Of a DNA stretch of 64,000 nucleotides, positions 8,520-18,635 are shown one piece after another. The notes under the pieces were generated by a model that did not search any database, was not told the DNA's origin, and saw only the letters and a list, made by a program, of their open reading frames with translations. How positions within the stretch are numbered: position 1 is the stretch's first letter; every line of letters begins with the position of its first letter. Source of the stretch: Escherichia phage HildyBeyeler; the sequence record MZ501074, one strand, 5' to 3'. A program made the translations under genes and the position numbers.

Positions 8520-10853
8520 ATGAGCCATCGCATTGAAAAGGTAATTAAACGTGACGGTACTGTAGAAGACTTTGCTCCTGAAAAACTCAATGGTTGGGCA
8601 GAGTATGGTTGCAAAACAGTTGATGTAAGTTGGTCTGCCATTACTATGGCTGCTCAAAAAACTCTGCCTAAAGGGGTTGTAGATTCCGACACTCTGATGG
8701 ATGCGTTAATTAAAGCTGCTGAAAGTCTTATCAAAGATAATCCAGCATACGACGTGCCAGCAAAGGAATTACGTCTTGCGCAGATGCGTAAACGCCTTTA
8801 TGATTCCTTTGAACCACCTTCTCTACGCTTCTTCCACGATCATATGGTTAGTGTAGGTGCATGGGAAGACATGAGTGCATGGATTACCGATGAGCAATTT
8901 GAAGCTCTGAATCAGGTTATCGACCATGATCGTGACCGTCTTTTCACTAGTGGAGGACTGAAACAATTCTTTGATAAGTATTCCCGTCGTAACATAGCCA
9001 CCGGTGAAATTTATGAAACCCCGCAGTTTGCCTACATGGGTATGGCAATGGCGATGCTATCTCAACCTAACTGGACAATTCTCGATGCAATCGACCTATA
9101 CAACGCAATGTCACTCCACAAAATCAACGTTCCTACGCCGCCACTGGTTGGTCTGCGCTCTAGTGATCGTGGATTTGCTAGTTGTTGCCTCGTTGATTCC
9201 ACTGACACATTGGATTCAATCGACACAGCCGAGCACATCGTTTTTAAAATGGTCGCAGCCAGAGCGGGAATCGGGTATCATCTTGAAAGCAGATCAATTG
9301 CTGATCCGGTGCGAAATGGGGCATTCCCGCATTCCGGAAAACTGCCATATTATCGACACATTGACCGCTCAGTAAAGGCCAACACTCAGCAAACTCGTGG
9401 TGGTTCTGCTACAGTGTCTTATCCATACTTTGATCCTGAAATCATTCAGTTGATGCAGGTTAAGCAACAACGTGCTACAGACGAGAATAAAATCGATAAG
9501 ATGGATTATTCTCTGAGCTTCAACAATCTTTTGTTAAAACGTTATCTTAAAAATGAAGATATTACGCTAATGTCATACTTCTATGCTCCGGAAGTTCATG
9601 AAGCGTTTTATAGTGATGACGAGGCTAAATTTGAAGAAATCTATGTGGCAGCGGAGAAACGTGTGGCATCTCTTACAAAGATCGACCACGAAGGAAAAAC
9701 AGTTCCAGCAGCTCCTAAAGTCTCTGCAAAAGAAATCCTAGATACTTGGCTGCGTATCCGAATGGAAACAGGACGTATGTATGCCCACCACATTGGGGAA
9801 TCTAATCGTCACGGTAACTTCCTTGATCCGATCCGTATGACAAACCTTTGTGTTGAAATTACTCAGCCTACACGCCCGTTCCATCATATCACGGAACTGT
9901 ATAAAACGAAAGAGCAGCTTGACCAAATGAAGCCGGAGGATATTGGGGAAGTATCTCTATGTAACTTAGGTGGTGTTGTACTAGGACGCATGGAATCTCT
10001 AGCTGAGTGGGAAAAAACTTGCTACATCCTCCTGAAATTCGTTGATACAATTATTGAAATTCAGGATTATCCGTTCCCAACTATGGAATATACGGCTAAG
10101 AAACGTCGTAATGTTGGTATTGGCCTGATGAACGCAGCAGGTGCAATGGCAGCAGAAGGTCTGGCTTATGAAGGTATTGAAGCCCGTAACTGGATTCACC
10201 GTGAGGCTGAAAAACTGTCTTACTTCCTGCATAAAGCCTCTGTACGCCTAGCTAAAGAACAGGGTGCATGTGAGTGGTTTGATCGTACTAAACCATCTAA
10301 AGGAATTCTGGTAATCGACACATACAAGAAAACTGTTGATGAGCTGGTATCCGTAGGTCTAGAAATGGATTGGGAATCTCTGCGTGCAGATATTCTGAAA
10401 TACGGTATGCGTAACTCTGTTCTGACTGCGCAGATGCCTGGAGAAAGTTCCTCTGTACTATTGGGTGTTACCAACTCAATTGAGCCACCTCGTAGGATTG
10501 TATCTATCAAGGGTAGTGCAGTGAATAAAGTAATTGCAATTGCTCCGGGTGCAACTGATTGGGATACTCTCATGAGCTATAAACTGGCCTATGATATTGA
10601 TCGCACTGAGTGGATCAAATGGAACGCCGTTTACCAAAAATTCTTGAGCCAGTCATCAAGTTTCCAGATGTATTATGATTACTCTAAATTCGAGAATGAA
10701 ATCATTCCTGGCCCAGTAGTAGTTCGTGACTTTATGACTGCGGTTAAGTATGGTATAAAGACCTGGTATTATGCTAACTTTAACACTGCGAATGGTGGAG
10801 GAGCTGGTGAAGAGGCGGCAACAGGTTGTGCATCAGGCGGTTGTCAGTTATAA
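8520..10853 (+). CDS. nrdA: ribonucleotide reductase large subunit (class Ia)
   Basis: ATP-cone KRDGTVEDF, NLCVEI active-site loop, C-terminal CASGGC tail; ATG 8520 has AAGGAAA RBS (track start 8415). Confidence 0.9.
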   Translation: MSHRIEKVIKRDGTVEDFAPEKLNGWAEYGCKTVDVSWSAITMAAQKTLPKGVVDSDTLMDALIKAAESLIKDNPAYDVPAKELRLAQMRKRLYDSFEPPSLRFFHDHMVSVGAWEDMSAWITDEQFEALNQVIDHDRDRLFTSGGLKQFFDKYSRRNIATGEIYETPQFAYMGMAMAMLSQPNWTILDAIDLYNAMSLHKINVPTPPLVGLRSSDRGFASCCLVDSTDTLDSIDTAEHIVFKMVAARAGIGYHLESRSIADPVRNGAFPHSGKLPYYRHIDRSVKANTQQTRGGSATVSYPYFDPEIIQLMQVKQQRATDENKIDKMDYSLSFNNLLLKRYLKNEDITLMSYFYAPEVHEAFYSDDEAKFEEIYVAAEKRVASLTKIDHEGKTVPAAPKVSAKEILDTWLRIRMETGRMYAHHIGESNRHGNFLDPIRMTNLCVEITQPTRPFHHITELYKTKEQLDQMKPEDIGEVSLCNLGGVVLGRMESLAEWEKTCYILLKFVDTIIEIQDYPFPTMEYTAKKRRNVGIGLMNAAGAMAAEGLAYEGIEARNWIHREAEKLSYFLHKASVRLAKEQGACEWFDRTKPSKGILVIDTYKKTVDELVSVGLEMDWESLRADILKYGMRNSVLTAQMPGESSSVLLGVTNSIEPPRRIVSIKGSAVNKVIAIAPGATDWDTLMSYKLAYDIDRTEWIKWNAVYQKFLSQSSSFQMYYDYSKFENEIIPGPVVVRDFMTAVKYGIKTWYYANFNTANGGGAGEEAATGCASGGCQL

Positions 10854-10861
10854 TAAAAACA

Positions 10862-10890
10862 AGGAGATCTTCGGGTCTCCTTTTTCTTTG
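10862..10890 (+). terminator. rho-independent terminator
   Basis: GGAGATCTTCGGGTCTCC hairpin followed by TTTTTCTTT. Confidence 0.6.
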
Positions 10891-10899
10891 AAATTTTAC

Positions 10900-10928
10900 T
10901 TGCTAATCGCTACCAGATTTGCTATAAT
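10900..10928 (+). promoter_or_regulatory. sigma70-type promoter (TTGCTA-17-TATAAT)
   Basis: Hexamers read directly. Confidence 0.6.
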
Positions 10929-10954
10929 ATCTCCATTAGTTAAGGAGATTAGTT

Positions 10955-11470
10955 TTGATAACACAAGATGAATTAAAAAGGATTCTGGAGTATAATCCAG
11001 ATGAAGGAACATTTACTTGGTTAAATAACCAGGAAGTACACAATAAAGTAAGGGGACTACCTGCTGGCTGTTTAAAACCCCACTCAGTAGATCCTAACCG
11101 AAAAGACTTAGTAATACAAATCAAGGGTAAGAAGTATCCCGCACAAAATATTGCTTTCCTGTACATGACAGGAAACTTACCTAAAGTTATGGTTGACCAT
11201 ATAGATGGAGATTCACTAAACTATAAGTGGGCTAATCTAAGAGAAGCAGACTGGCAGTTAAATAGTCAAAATAGAAAAACTAGTAAAAACAATATATTGG
11301 GTACTAAGAATATTCGGAAGAAAGGGTCTGGATTTCAAGTTAGAAAATCCATTAACGGAAAAGAATATGTGAAAACTCTCCCAACTCTAGAAGAGGCGAT
11401 AGAGTATCGAGATTCTTTAATCCTCTCTATAACCAAAGATCCAACACTACTTAGAAACACAGATAAATAG
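10955..11470 (+). CDS. HNH homing endonuclease (free-standing, between nrdA and nrdB)
   Basis: VDHIDGD...N..WANLR HNH motif; TTG start with AAGGAG RBS. Confidence 0.75.
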   Translation: MITQDELKRILEYNPDEGTFTWLNNQEVHNKVRGLPAGCLKPHSVDPNRKDLVIQIKGKKYPAQNIAFLYMTGNLPKVMVDHIDGDSLNYKWANLREADWQLNSQNRKTSKNNILGTKNIRKKGSGFQVRKSINGKEYVKTLPTLEEAIEYRDSLILSITKDPTLLRNTDK

Positions 11471-11478
11471 GAGAACTA

Positions 11479-12624
11479 ATGACAACTTTACTTAACTTAA
11501 ACTGGGATCATACCAATAAAGATCTATTTCTCGGTGATTCTCTTGGTATTGCAGATTATGTACGAGTAGCCCATCCAGAGCTGGAAAGGCTGGCGTTATT
11601 AGCTCGCTCTCAATTCTGGACTGAAACTGAAATCAGTCTGGAAGCAGATAAGAAACAATGGCCTAATCTCCCACGAGAAATTCAGGAAATTACCCTCCTG
11701 AATTTAGCATGGCAGACTCAAACTGATTCCTTTATCAGTCGAGCGCCTGAAGCAGCTATTATGCCACTTGTAAGTCGTCCAGAATTGGAAGGTATGCTAA
11801 AGCAGTGGAGCTACTTCGAAGACCTGCATAGTCGCGCCTATAGCAATATTATTCGTAATGTGCTGACTGATCCAGCAGAATTTATTGATTCTGTAACCAA
11901 AAACCAGGAAGCATTCGCACGCATCGCTGATTCTGTTGAACTGTTCGATGAACTGTATCAGTTAGGTCAGTATTTCCTCGCAGTACGCGATCATCGTGGT
12001 GACAATACATATCCAGAAACTGAGTTCCCTGAAGTTAAACGTGAAACTCAGGCTAAACTATTAGACGCTTACTTTGCGATCTATGGTCTGGAAGCAATGC
12101 AGTTTTACGCATCCTTTGCATGTACTTTTGCTCTAGCAGAGAACGATATTCTGCAAGGTATTGCTAAGAACCTGCAATTAATCGCTAAAGATGAGGCTCT
12201 GCACACCCAGATGTCTAAAGCAATCATCCAGATTATGTTCCAGCAGTTTGACAAAGATCTGGTAGATGAAGCAGTGGCTAAAGCACCAGCACAGCTCCTG
12301 AAAACTCTGAAAACTGAAATTGAATGGGGTCATTTCATTTTCAAAGGTCGTAGTCTGATTGGCTTGAATGCAGAACTTCTAGAAGAATATCTGTACTTTG
12401 TGGGGCGTAATGCATTTATGCACATCGGTGTAGAATGGCCTAGTCATTTACCAGTAATCACTAAGAACCCCATTCCGTGGATCATGAACTGGCTGGATAC
12501 CACTTCTTTACAGCCTGCTCCACAAGAAATCCAGATTGGTGCAGCCTACCGTGTAGGTCAGGTAACTGAGACCTCTACTGATACTCTGAAAGATCTGGGT
12601 AATGAATTTGGAGATTTCTTATGA
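11479..12624 (+). CDS. nrdB: ribonucleotide reductase small subunit
   Basis: 381 aa immediately after nrdA/HNH; ferritin-like E/H-rich helices. Confidence 0.8.
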   Translation: MTTLLNLNWDHTNKDLFLGDSLGIADYVRVAHPELERLALLARSQFWTETEISLEADKKQWPNLPREIQEITLLNLAWQTQTDSFISRAPEAAIMPLVSRPELEGMLKQWSYFEDLHSRAYSNIIRNVLTDPAEFIDSVTKNQEAFARIADSVELFDELYQLGQYFLAVRDHRGDNTYPETEFPEVKRETQAKLLDAYFAIYGLEAMQFYASFACTFALAENDILQGIAKNLQLIAKDEALHTQMSKAIIQIMFQQFDKDLVDEAVAKAPAQLLKTLKTEIEWGHFIFKGRSLIGLNAELLEEYLYFVGRNAFMHIGVEWPSHLPVITKNPIPWIMNWLDTTSLQPAPQEIQIGAAYRVGQVTETSTDTLKDLGNEFGDFL

Positions 12625-13151
12625 TTACAGCAATGTATGCAGTTGGGCCGAATGGAGAGTTCGGCCTCCGAGGTAAACTTCCCTGGGGTTCCTTCAAAGA
12701 AGAGTTAGATGCTTTCTATTCTCAACTGGACGTGTTGAATCCAGATAACATCATCATTGGTGCGGGTACTTATTTAGCACTTCCAGAAGTTGTTAGGCAA
12801 CGTATGATTGGAGAATCCGACCTCTTTATTCGTGCTGACCGACCTCTGGCTGATAGCATCAAAGAAACTTACACTGCCATATCAAGGATAGGTGATACAC
12901 TACCTACTTTCCTAAAAGATCAGCAAACAGTAGTTCTAGGCGGAGCTAATCTTCTCCTAGAAATGTATCAGCATGGGCATATAGAAAGTGCTTTTGTATC
13001 TACAATCTTTAGTGAGCAGAAGCTAGAGGCAGATACATACCTAGATAGTATGATACTGGATTATAACTATGAATCCACTCGATTAGTCTATGCAGTTGGC
13101 GCAAACAGTGATAACAGCCTGCGATTTGTACAGGAATTGGTTACTTATTAA
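12621..13151 (+). CDS. frd: dihydrofolate reductase-like protein
   Basis: 176 aa; GLRGKLPW near N-terminus; positioned between nrdB and thyA. Confidence 0.55.
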   Translation: MITAMYAVGPNGEFGLRGKLPWGSFKEELDAFYSQLDVLNPDNIIIGAGTYLALPEVVRQRMIGESDLFIRADRPLADSIKETYTAISRIGDTLPTFLKDQQTVVLGGANLLLEMYQHGHIESAFVSTIFSEQKLEADTYLDSMILDYNYESTRLVYAVGANSDNSLRFVQELVTY

Positions 13152-13990
13152 TGCAACAATACTTAAAAATTTTGACAGATGTAATTTTACTAGGTGAACC
13201 CCGTAATGACCGTACAGGAACAGGCACAGTTTCAATTTTTGATTCCTATGCTAAGTTCGATCTACGTGAGGGATTCCCTGCCGTAACCACTAAACGTCTA
13301 GCCTGGAAATCAGTAGTAGGAGAACTTTTATGGTTCTTGTCTGGTTCCACAAATCTTCATGATCTACGTGTATTCACATTTGGGCGTGACGAAGGACAGT
13401 GGACCATCTGGACTCCAAATTATGAAGACCAAGCTATAAGTATGGGGTATGATAAGGGTAATCTAGGACCGGTATATGGTAAACAGTGGCGTAACTTTGG
13501 TGGGCGAGATCAGATTCTAGAACTTATTGAAGGACTCAAGAATAATCCTCATGGCCGCAGACATCTAGTTTCTGCATGGAACGTAGCTGAACTTGATAAA
13601 ATGGCATTACCGCCCTGCCACTACGGCTTCCAGTGCTATGTAAGTAACGATGGATACCTAGATCTTAAATGGACACAACGTTCTGTAGATTGTTTCCTCG
13701 GTTTACCCTTCAATATTGCTAGTTATGCTTTATTAACGCATATATTAGCAAAACTGACAGGATTAAAACCTCGTTATCTCATCTTTAGTGGTGGAGATAC
13801 TCATATCTATAATGACCACATGGAACAGGTAGAAGAACAGGTAAAACGCAAGCCACGCCCTCTACCAACTCTAGTAATGCCAGAGTTTGTAGATCTTTAC
13901 GATTTATTAGAAAATAATACGGCAGCTTGGTCCTTCCAGCTTGAAGGATATGATCCGCATCCGGCTCTTAAAGCTAAAATGTCTTCCTAA
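13151..13990 (+). CDS. thyA: thymidylate synthase
   Basis: Active-site LPPCHYGFQCYV motif. Confidence 0.9.
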   Translation: MQQYLKILTDVILLGEPRNDRTGTGTVSIFDSYAKFDLREGFPAVTTKRLAWKSVVGELLWFLSGSTNLHDLRVFTFGRDEGQWTIWTPNYEDQAISMGYDKGNLGPVYGKQWRNFGGRDQILELIEGLKNNPHGRRHLVSAWNVAELDKMALPPCHYGFQCYVSNDGYLDLKWTQRSVDCFLGLPFNIASYALLTHILAKLTGLKPRYLIFSGGDTHIYNDHMEQVEEQVKRKPRPLPTLVMPEFVDLYDLLENNTAAWSFQLEGYDPHPALKAKMSS

Positions 13991-13994
13991 CTCA

Positions 13995-14014
13995 AATAGC
14001 CCTTCGGGGCTATT
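13995..14014 (+). terminator. hairpin terminator
   Basis: AATAGCCCTTCGGGGCTATT palindrome after thyA. Confidence 0.5.
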
Positions 14015-14029
14015 ATATTTAAATTTCAT

Positions 14030-14058
14030 TTGCTTATTTAGTGAAATTTAAATATAAT
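14030..14058 (+). promoter_or_regulatory. sigma70-type promoter
   Basis: TTGCTT-17-TATAAT. Confidence 0.55.
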
Positions 14059-14083
14059 ATATTTTATAAATTGGAGGTATATA

Positions 14084-14365
14084 ATGATTTCAGCCAAAGA
14101 AGCTCAAGAACTTGCAGGATTAACAGAAGTACCCGCATTCCTAAAGTTTATAGAAGAAAAGATTGTAGAAGCTGCTAAGTCTGGAAATACAGAAGTAATT
14201 ATTCGAGATAATCCTTACGCTAGGTGGCTATATAATCCTAGAGAAATGCCAGGAGCAGCTAAATCGGTACTAAAAACCTTATCGGATAAGGGGTATCACC
14301 TCTCACAATACTACCGAGAAGCCGCCTTTGTAGACATGGGTCTTAAAATTAGTTGGGAGGTATAA
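14084..14365 (+). CDS. hypothetical protein
   Basis: ORF track; GGAGG RBS. Confidence 0.5.
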   Translation: MISAKEAQELAGLTEVPAFLKFIEEKIVEAAKSGNTEVIIRDNPYARWLYNPREMPGAAKSVLKTLSDKGYHLSQYYREAAFVDMGLKISWEV

Positions 14366-14841
14366 TGTCGGTTTTCCACATTTACACAGATGGTGCTTGT
14401 AAGTCTAACCCAGGTCCAGGTGCTTGGGGTTTTATTGTCTATAATGATAACGACGATCGTTTAGGTTCTAAATCTGGTTATAATCCTAAAACTACAAATA
14501 ATGAGATGGAACTCACAGCTATTGTAGAAGCTCTACGTTGGTCTGTTAAAAAAGATAATAGACCAATTGCTATCTATACTGATTCTGCTTATTGCAAAAA
14601 TGGCATGGAAAGTTGGATGTTTTCTTGGCAAAGGAAAGGCTGGAAGAAAGCAGATGGTGAAGTTCCCCTTAATCTAGAACTTTGGCAGGAAGCATTTAAA
14701 TTAACACAGCAGTATATCAACTTTCATAATATTAACCCTACTTTTATTAAGGTTAAAGGACATTCTGGTATTAGTGGTAATGAAGCTGTAGACGCCTTAT
14801 GTAACACAGTTATTACTGAGCAAGAACTTGCCGAGATGTGA
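14365..14841 (+). CDS. rnhA: ribonuclease H
   Basis: YTDGAC, MELTA, YTDS and GHSG...NE.D motifs; ATG 14365 with GGGAGG RBS. Confidence 0.8.
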   Translation: MSVFHIYTDGACKSNPGPGAWGFIVYNDNDDRLGSKSGYNPKTTNNEMELTAIVEALRWSVKKDNRPIAIYTDSAYCKNGMESWMFSWQRKGWKKADGEVPLNLELWQEAFKLTQQYINFHNINPTFIKVKGHSGISGNEAVDALCNTVITEQELAEM

Positions 14842-14861
14842 TAAGTAAATTAAAAATTCAA

Positions 14862-14890
14862 TTGCTTAAAGCCCTCTAATTTAGTATAAT
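14862..14890 (+). promoter_or_regulatory. sigma70-type promoter
   Basis: TTGCTT-17-TATAAT. Confidence 0.6.
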
Positions 14891-14917
14891 ATTCGTATTG
14901 AAAGTGAGGAGGGCTTT

Positions 14918-15202
14918 ATGAGAATTTATAACTCAAATTCATTAGGATTTAAACCATTGAGAAAACGTGCACAATCACCTCGTCAAATAAGAAAGGCTAA
15001 TATTGGTGAACCAGAAACACGTCTTCCACCTCCTCCAGAACAACGTTTAGTTTATCTGGACGAAGAATTAGCGGAACGCGAAAGAAAAGCTCAAGAAGAG
15101 ATTAAGCATAAGAAAATGTGTACTGCTCCAGCCTACTCCAAAGGGGCTTATCAATATATCTATACAGCCGAGGAGGCTAAAGATGCGGGGCGTAAAAAAT
15201 GA
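14918..15202 (+). CDS. hypothetical protein
   Basis: ORF track; GAGGAGGG RBS. Confidence 0.45.
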   Translation: MRIYNSNSLGFKPLRKRAQSPRQIRKANIGEPETRLPPPPEQRLVYLDEELAERERKAQEEIKHKKMCTAPAYSKGAYQYIYTAEEAKDAGRKK

Positions 15203-15648
15203 AGATTACTGAATTTAAAGGTACTTATAGTTTTTTATCTAACTTTTATTTATCACCAATTACTTTCGAATATCTAAATGAGATATGGCATGCTGATACT
15301 GTAGAACATGCTTTTCAGGCTATGAAATCCGACCAAAAAGATGATGTAGCTCATGTGCTGCGCTCCCTAAATGCAGGAGTTGCCAAACGTAGAGGACGTA
15401 AATTAACTCTGCGCTCTGACTGGGATAAGGTAAAAGATGATGTAATGTTAGAGCTTTTACGGTTAAAGTTTGCAATCCCTGATTTGAGGGACAAACTGTT
15501 AGCAACAAAAAATGCAACTTTGATCGAAGGAAATACCTGGGGAGATACATACTGGGGTGTTTGCCGAGGCATCGGGGATAATACTTTAGGAGTTCTTTTG
15601 ATGCAGGTAAGGTCTGAAATTAAAAGAAGTTTACAGTTAATAAATTAA
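15199..15648 (+). CDS. NADAR-domain (YbiA-like) protein
   Basis: FLSNFY, EHAFQAMK and WGD..WG motifs typical of NADAR/DUF1768. Confidence 0.55.
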   Translation: MKITEFKGTYSFLSNFYLSPITFEYLNEIWHADTVEHAFQAMKSDQKDDVAHVLRSLNAGVAKRRGRKLTLRSDWDKVKDDVMLELLRLKFAIPDLRDKLLATKNATLIEGNTWGDTYWGVCRGIGDNTLGVLLMQVRSEIKRSLQLIN

Positions 15649-15656
15649 AAATTCAT

Positions 15657-15685
15657 TTGCTAAACGCTTCAAATTCTAGTATAAT
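15657..15685 (+). promoter_or_regulatory. sigma70-type promoter
   Basis: TTGCTA-17-TATAAT. Confidence 0.6.
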
Positions 15686-15723
15686 ATACTTCATAAATTG
15701 ATAAACAAAAAGGAAAATAAATA

Positions 15724-16239
15724 ATGGCTAAGCAGAAAAACGCAAAAACTCAAGCAGCAACTACAGTTAAAACTTTCCCTCAGACTGAGGCTAACCGCAA
15801 AGCTCGTCTGGAACGCCACCTGCGCAAGCATCCTACTGATGCTCAAGCTGCACAGGCACTGAATCGTCCGGCTCCGATTCGTCAAAAGCCGAAGGCTAAG
15901 AATGCTACTCGTTCTGTAACCCGCCTTGTGACCTATGTACAGGGTTATGGCCACAAATCTGTTCCAGTAACACTGAGTTTCAATGCTGGAGCTGAATTGT
16001 TCCCTCGTAATGGCATGGCCATGAAAGATTACGAGAAAGCAGTTAACCAGAAACGCAAGCCAACGGCAGATGTGCTTCGTGACACTCATGGACAGTTTGG
16101 CTCTGTTAAGCCAAATATCTTTGGCGTAGAGTATAGTAAAGATAGTGTTCGTGCTCTGTGTTACGGTGTAGGCATTAAGTTCACTGGTGATTCTGCTCGT
16201 AAATCTGCTAAACCAGCTCGTAAACGTAAAGCGAAGTAA
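15724..16239 (+). CDS. hypothetical basic protein
   Basis: ORF track; promoter and RBS upstream; antisense ORF 15691-16266 rejected. Confidence 0.5.
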   Translation: MAKQKNAKTQAATTVKTFPQTEANRKARLERHLRKHPTDAQAAQALNRPAPIRQKPKAKNATRSVTRLVTYVQGYGHKSVPVTLSFNAGAELFPRNGMAMKDYEKAVNQKRKPTADVLRDTHGQFGSVKPNIFGVEYSKDSVRALCYGVGIKFTGDSARKSAKPARKRKAK

Positions 16240-16280
16240 TAGATAGGAGGGGCGAAAGCCCCTCATATTTTGGAGAAACT

Positions 16281-16517
16281 ATGCGTAATTTTGTAGTAAA
16301 GAATGATTTTAACCGTGCTAGCACCCATAAGTCCGCTAGAGATTATACACGACTTTCTAGTCATGAGGTAATGGATACCTGTTATGAAGAGCTGGAAGAT
16401 AACTGGAATGAATGGCCAGACTTTTCTATGGAAGAAAACTGGGATGTTAGTGAAGATATGCTTCCTGGTTTTAAAGACCCCAAGAAGTGGGAGTCTATTA
16501 AAGAGACAGCTCTTTAA
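16281..16517 (+). CDS. hypothetical acidic protein
   Basis: ORF track. Confidence 0.45.
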   Translation: MRNFVVKNDFNRASTHKSARDYTRLSSHEVMDTCYEELEDNWNEWPDFSMEENWDVSEDMLPGFKDPKKWESIKETAL

Positions 16518-16545
16518 TAGTTTTCTACACAATAAAGGATAAGTT

Positions 16546-17247
16546 ATGAAAGTAAAACCATTTGGTATGCTAGATATTGAATCTCTAGGAACTCCGGGGG
16601 ATTGTGGTACTACTCATATCGCAATGCCTTCTTTCGCTTTTGTGGCTATGCATGGGATTGATAAAGACCCTGACTTAGTATTTGCTACTTTGGATGTGCA
16701 GGATCAGCTTAATTCTGGTGCCAAAGTTACAGCATCTACTCTAGCATTCTGGATGGATCAAGCTAAAAATAGCCCGTCTGCTATTCACATTATGGAAGCT
16801 ATGAAGGAACGTAATCCAAAACTGATTGCCTTCCAAAATGGTAAACATCATTGCACTACTAAATTAGGCTCAAACTATGCTGCCTTCTCTATGGCTCAAA
16901 ATATTATGGAGTTGGCTCTAGGCGAAAATGCTTTGTATTATGGCAATGGCCCAGAGTTTGATATGACTATCTACTCTGCAAACACGTTCCATGCTGGAAC
17001 CAATGAAGAGGTAGTTCCGTGGAAATTCTGGAATTTAGGCAATGTTCGATCTCTTCGTAATCTCTGGATGCAAGCGGGTTATAGTTACAAAGATCTAGAG
17101 GCTGAAGGTATTAGCTGGGCAAAAGCTAAAATGGAGAAGATGGACACCATTCGTTATGGGATCTATCCGGTTAAGCACGACCCAGCATTCGATGCCCTAG
17201 TTGAGGGCTATTGTGTTGCAGCTATGATCGAAAAAATGAAAATTTGA
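16546..17247 (+). CDS. DEDDh-type 3-5 exonuclease-like protein
   Basis: LDIESLG (exo I) and KHDPAFDA (exo III) motifs. Confidence 0.5.
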   Translation: MKVKPFGMLDIESLGTPGDCGTTHIAMPSFAFVAMHGIDKDPDLVFATLDVQDQLNSGAKVTASTLAFWMDQAKNSPSAIHIMEAMKERNPKLIAFQNGKHHCTTKLGSNYAAFSMAQNIMELALGENALYYGNGPEFDMTIYSANTFHAGTNEEVVPWKFWNLGNVRSLRNLWMQAGYSYKDLEAEGISWAKAKMEKMDTIRYGIYPVKHDPAFDALVEGYCVAAMIEKMKI

Positions 17248-17248
17248 T

Positions 17249-17277
17249 TTGCTTCCGGCTCCAAAATTCTGTATAAT
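17249..17277 (+). promoter_or_regulatory. sigma70-type promoter
   Basis: TTGCTT-17-TATAAT. Confidence 0.6.
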
Positions 17278-17318
17278 ATATTTATAAATTTGAGAAAACA
17301 ATAAAAGGAAAAACAAAT

Positions 17319-17501
17319 ATGCCAGTATCTAAAAATGTTCGTAAAAATGGTAAGAAAGCTACTCGTAATCTGGGTATCCGTCGTATGGCCGAACGTCAAT
17401 CAGGTGTCCAGAAAATCTTTGATCTGTTAAATCGTGCTAATCCTAAAATTGATAACAGTAATGATACTGTTCTGCGCACTCTGCTGGCAATTGGTCTGTA
17501 A
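17319..17501 (+). CDS. hypothetical small basic protein
   Basis: ORF track; AAGGAAA RBS. Confidence 0.4.
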   Translation: MPVSKNVRKNGKKATRNLGIRRMAERQSGVQKIFDLLNRANPKIDNSNDTVLRTLLAIGL

Positions 17502-17554
17502 TAGATCAAATTTAAACAAATTCAAATCTCAAACTTCATATAAGGAAGCAAATA

Positions 17555-18193
17555 ATGACTACTCGTATTTCTAAAACTCGCGCTCTGGCAACTATCAAAT
17601 CTCTGGAAGCTAAAATCCGTAAAGCTGCTGAACAGCAGGTTCTGATCGCTGTTGGTGAAGGTAAGGATAAAAATAAGGTTGTAGTTGGCGCTGCAATCGA
17701 AGTAGACGATCTGTCCGCCCGTATTAAGGCAGATTTCCAATCTCTCCTGGATATGATGTCCCAGCGTGATCGTATCAAAGCTGCTCTGATTAAGAGCAAT
17801 GCGGAAACAATCGTTGAGATTGGCTCTCGTAAGATGACTGTTGCGGAAGCAATTGAAGCTAAGCGTTCTATGGAACTTAAAGCCCAACTGCTGGCTAACA
17901 TGCGTAAGCAGTTCCAAGCCGCTACGGCTAAGTTTAATACGCAGAAAGCACAGTTTGATGCTAAATATGAGCGTTTGCAGGATAGCATGGCTACCCGCGA
18001 TAAGAAAACTTCCGAAGATGAAGTTAAAATGCAGCTCAACCTGCTGGAACTCAAGAATACTCCATTCTTGATTGATCCGCTGGAACTGGAGAAGCTGATT
18101 AAGCAGCATGACGAGGAATACCAGGACTTTGCAACAAATGTTGACTTTGTTCTGTCCGAGTCTAACGCCTCTACCTTCATTGAAGTAGAGTAA
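17555..18193 (+). CDS. hypothetical coiled-coil protein
   Basis: ORF track; AAGGAAG RBS; overlapping minus ORFs rejected. Confidence 0.5.
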   Translation: MTTRISKTRALATIKSLEAKIRKAAEQQVLIAVGEGKDKNKVVVGAAIEVDDLSARIKADFQSLLDMMSQRDRIKAALIKSNAETIVEIGSRKMTVAEAIEAKRSMELKAQLLANMRKQFQAATAKFNTQKAQFDAKYERLQDSMATRDKKTSEDEVKMQLNLLELKNTPFLIDPLELEKLIKQHDEEYQDFATNVDFVLSESNASTFIEVE

Positions 18194-18576
18194 TAATTTA
18201 AAAGCTAGTAAATCGGTAGACGAAAGCCCAAGCATCTTACCTCGCAGCAGCGGTTGAAATACGAGGTTAAATAAGACCGCTGACCATACTATAAAGTATA
18301 ATCTATTGGAGATTATGTTTATTACATCAGACATTTAATCTGACACGTAAAAACAAAGCGTCGTTGATATTACCGACACAACTTCAAAGATCAACATTTA
18401 AGTATGAAAGCTGAAAAGTTTAAAGAACTCAAACTTCTAAACTTCTAAAGCTAAAAGATGCAAAGTATTCGTTGATGATTCAAACCCTAGATCAAAGGTA
18501 CATGGCTCATAAGATATGGCCTGTGGCGCCTCTAGGCTGTTTATCGGTTTACTAGTTTCACAATTTAAAAATGTAT

Positions 18577-18605
18577 TTGCTAATTTATTAAGTTATCTGT
18601 ATAAT
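18577..18605 (+). promoter_or_regulatory. sigma70-type promoter
   Basis: TTGCTA-17-TATAAT. Confidence 0.6.
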
Positions 18606-18635
18606 ATATTTTTAAATTGATGAAACGAGGCTATT

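Noticed and set aside
15691-16266. Minus-strand 191-aa ORF
   Set aside because: Antisense shadow of 15724-16239, which has a promoter and RBS; low-complexity Ser/Leu-rich translation
17522-18334. Two long minus-strand ORFs (270 and 214 aa)
   Set aside because: Antisense to the 17555-18193 coiled-coil gene and extending into an intergenic region; Leu/Ser-rich low-complexity products; every neighbour is plus-strand
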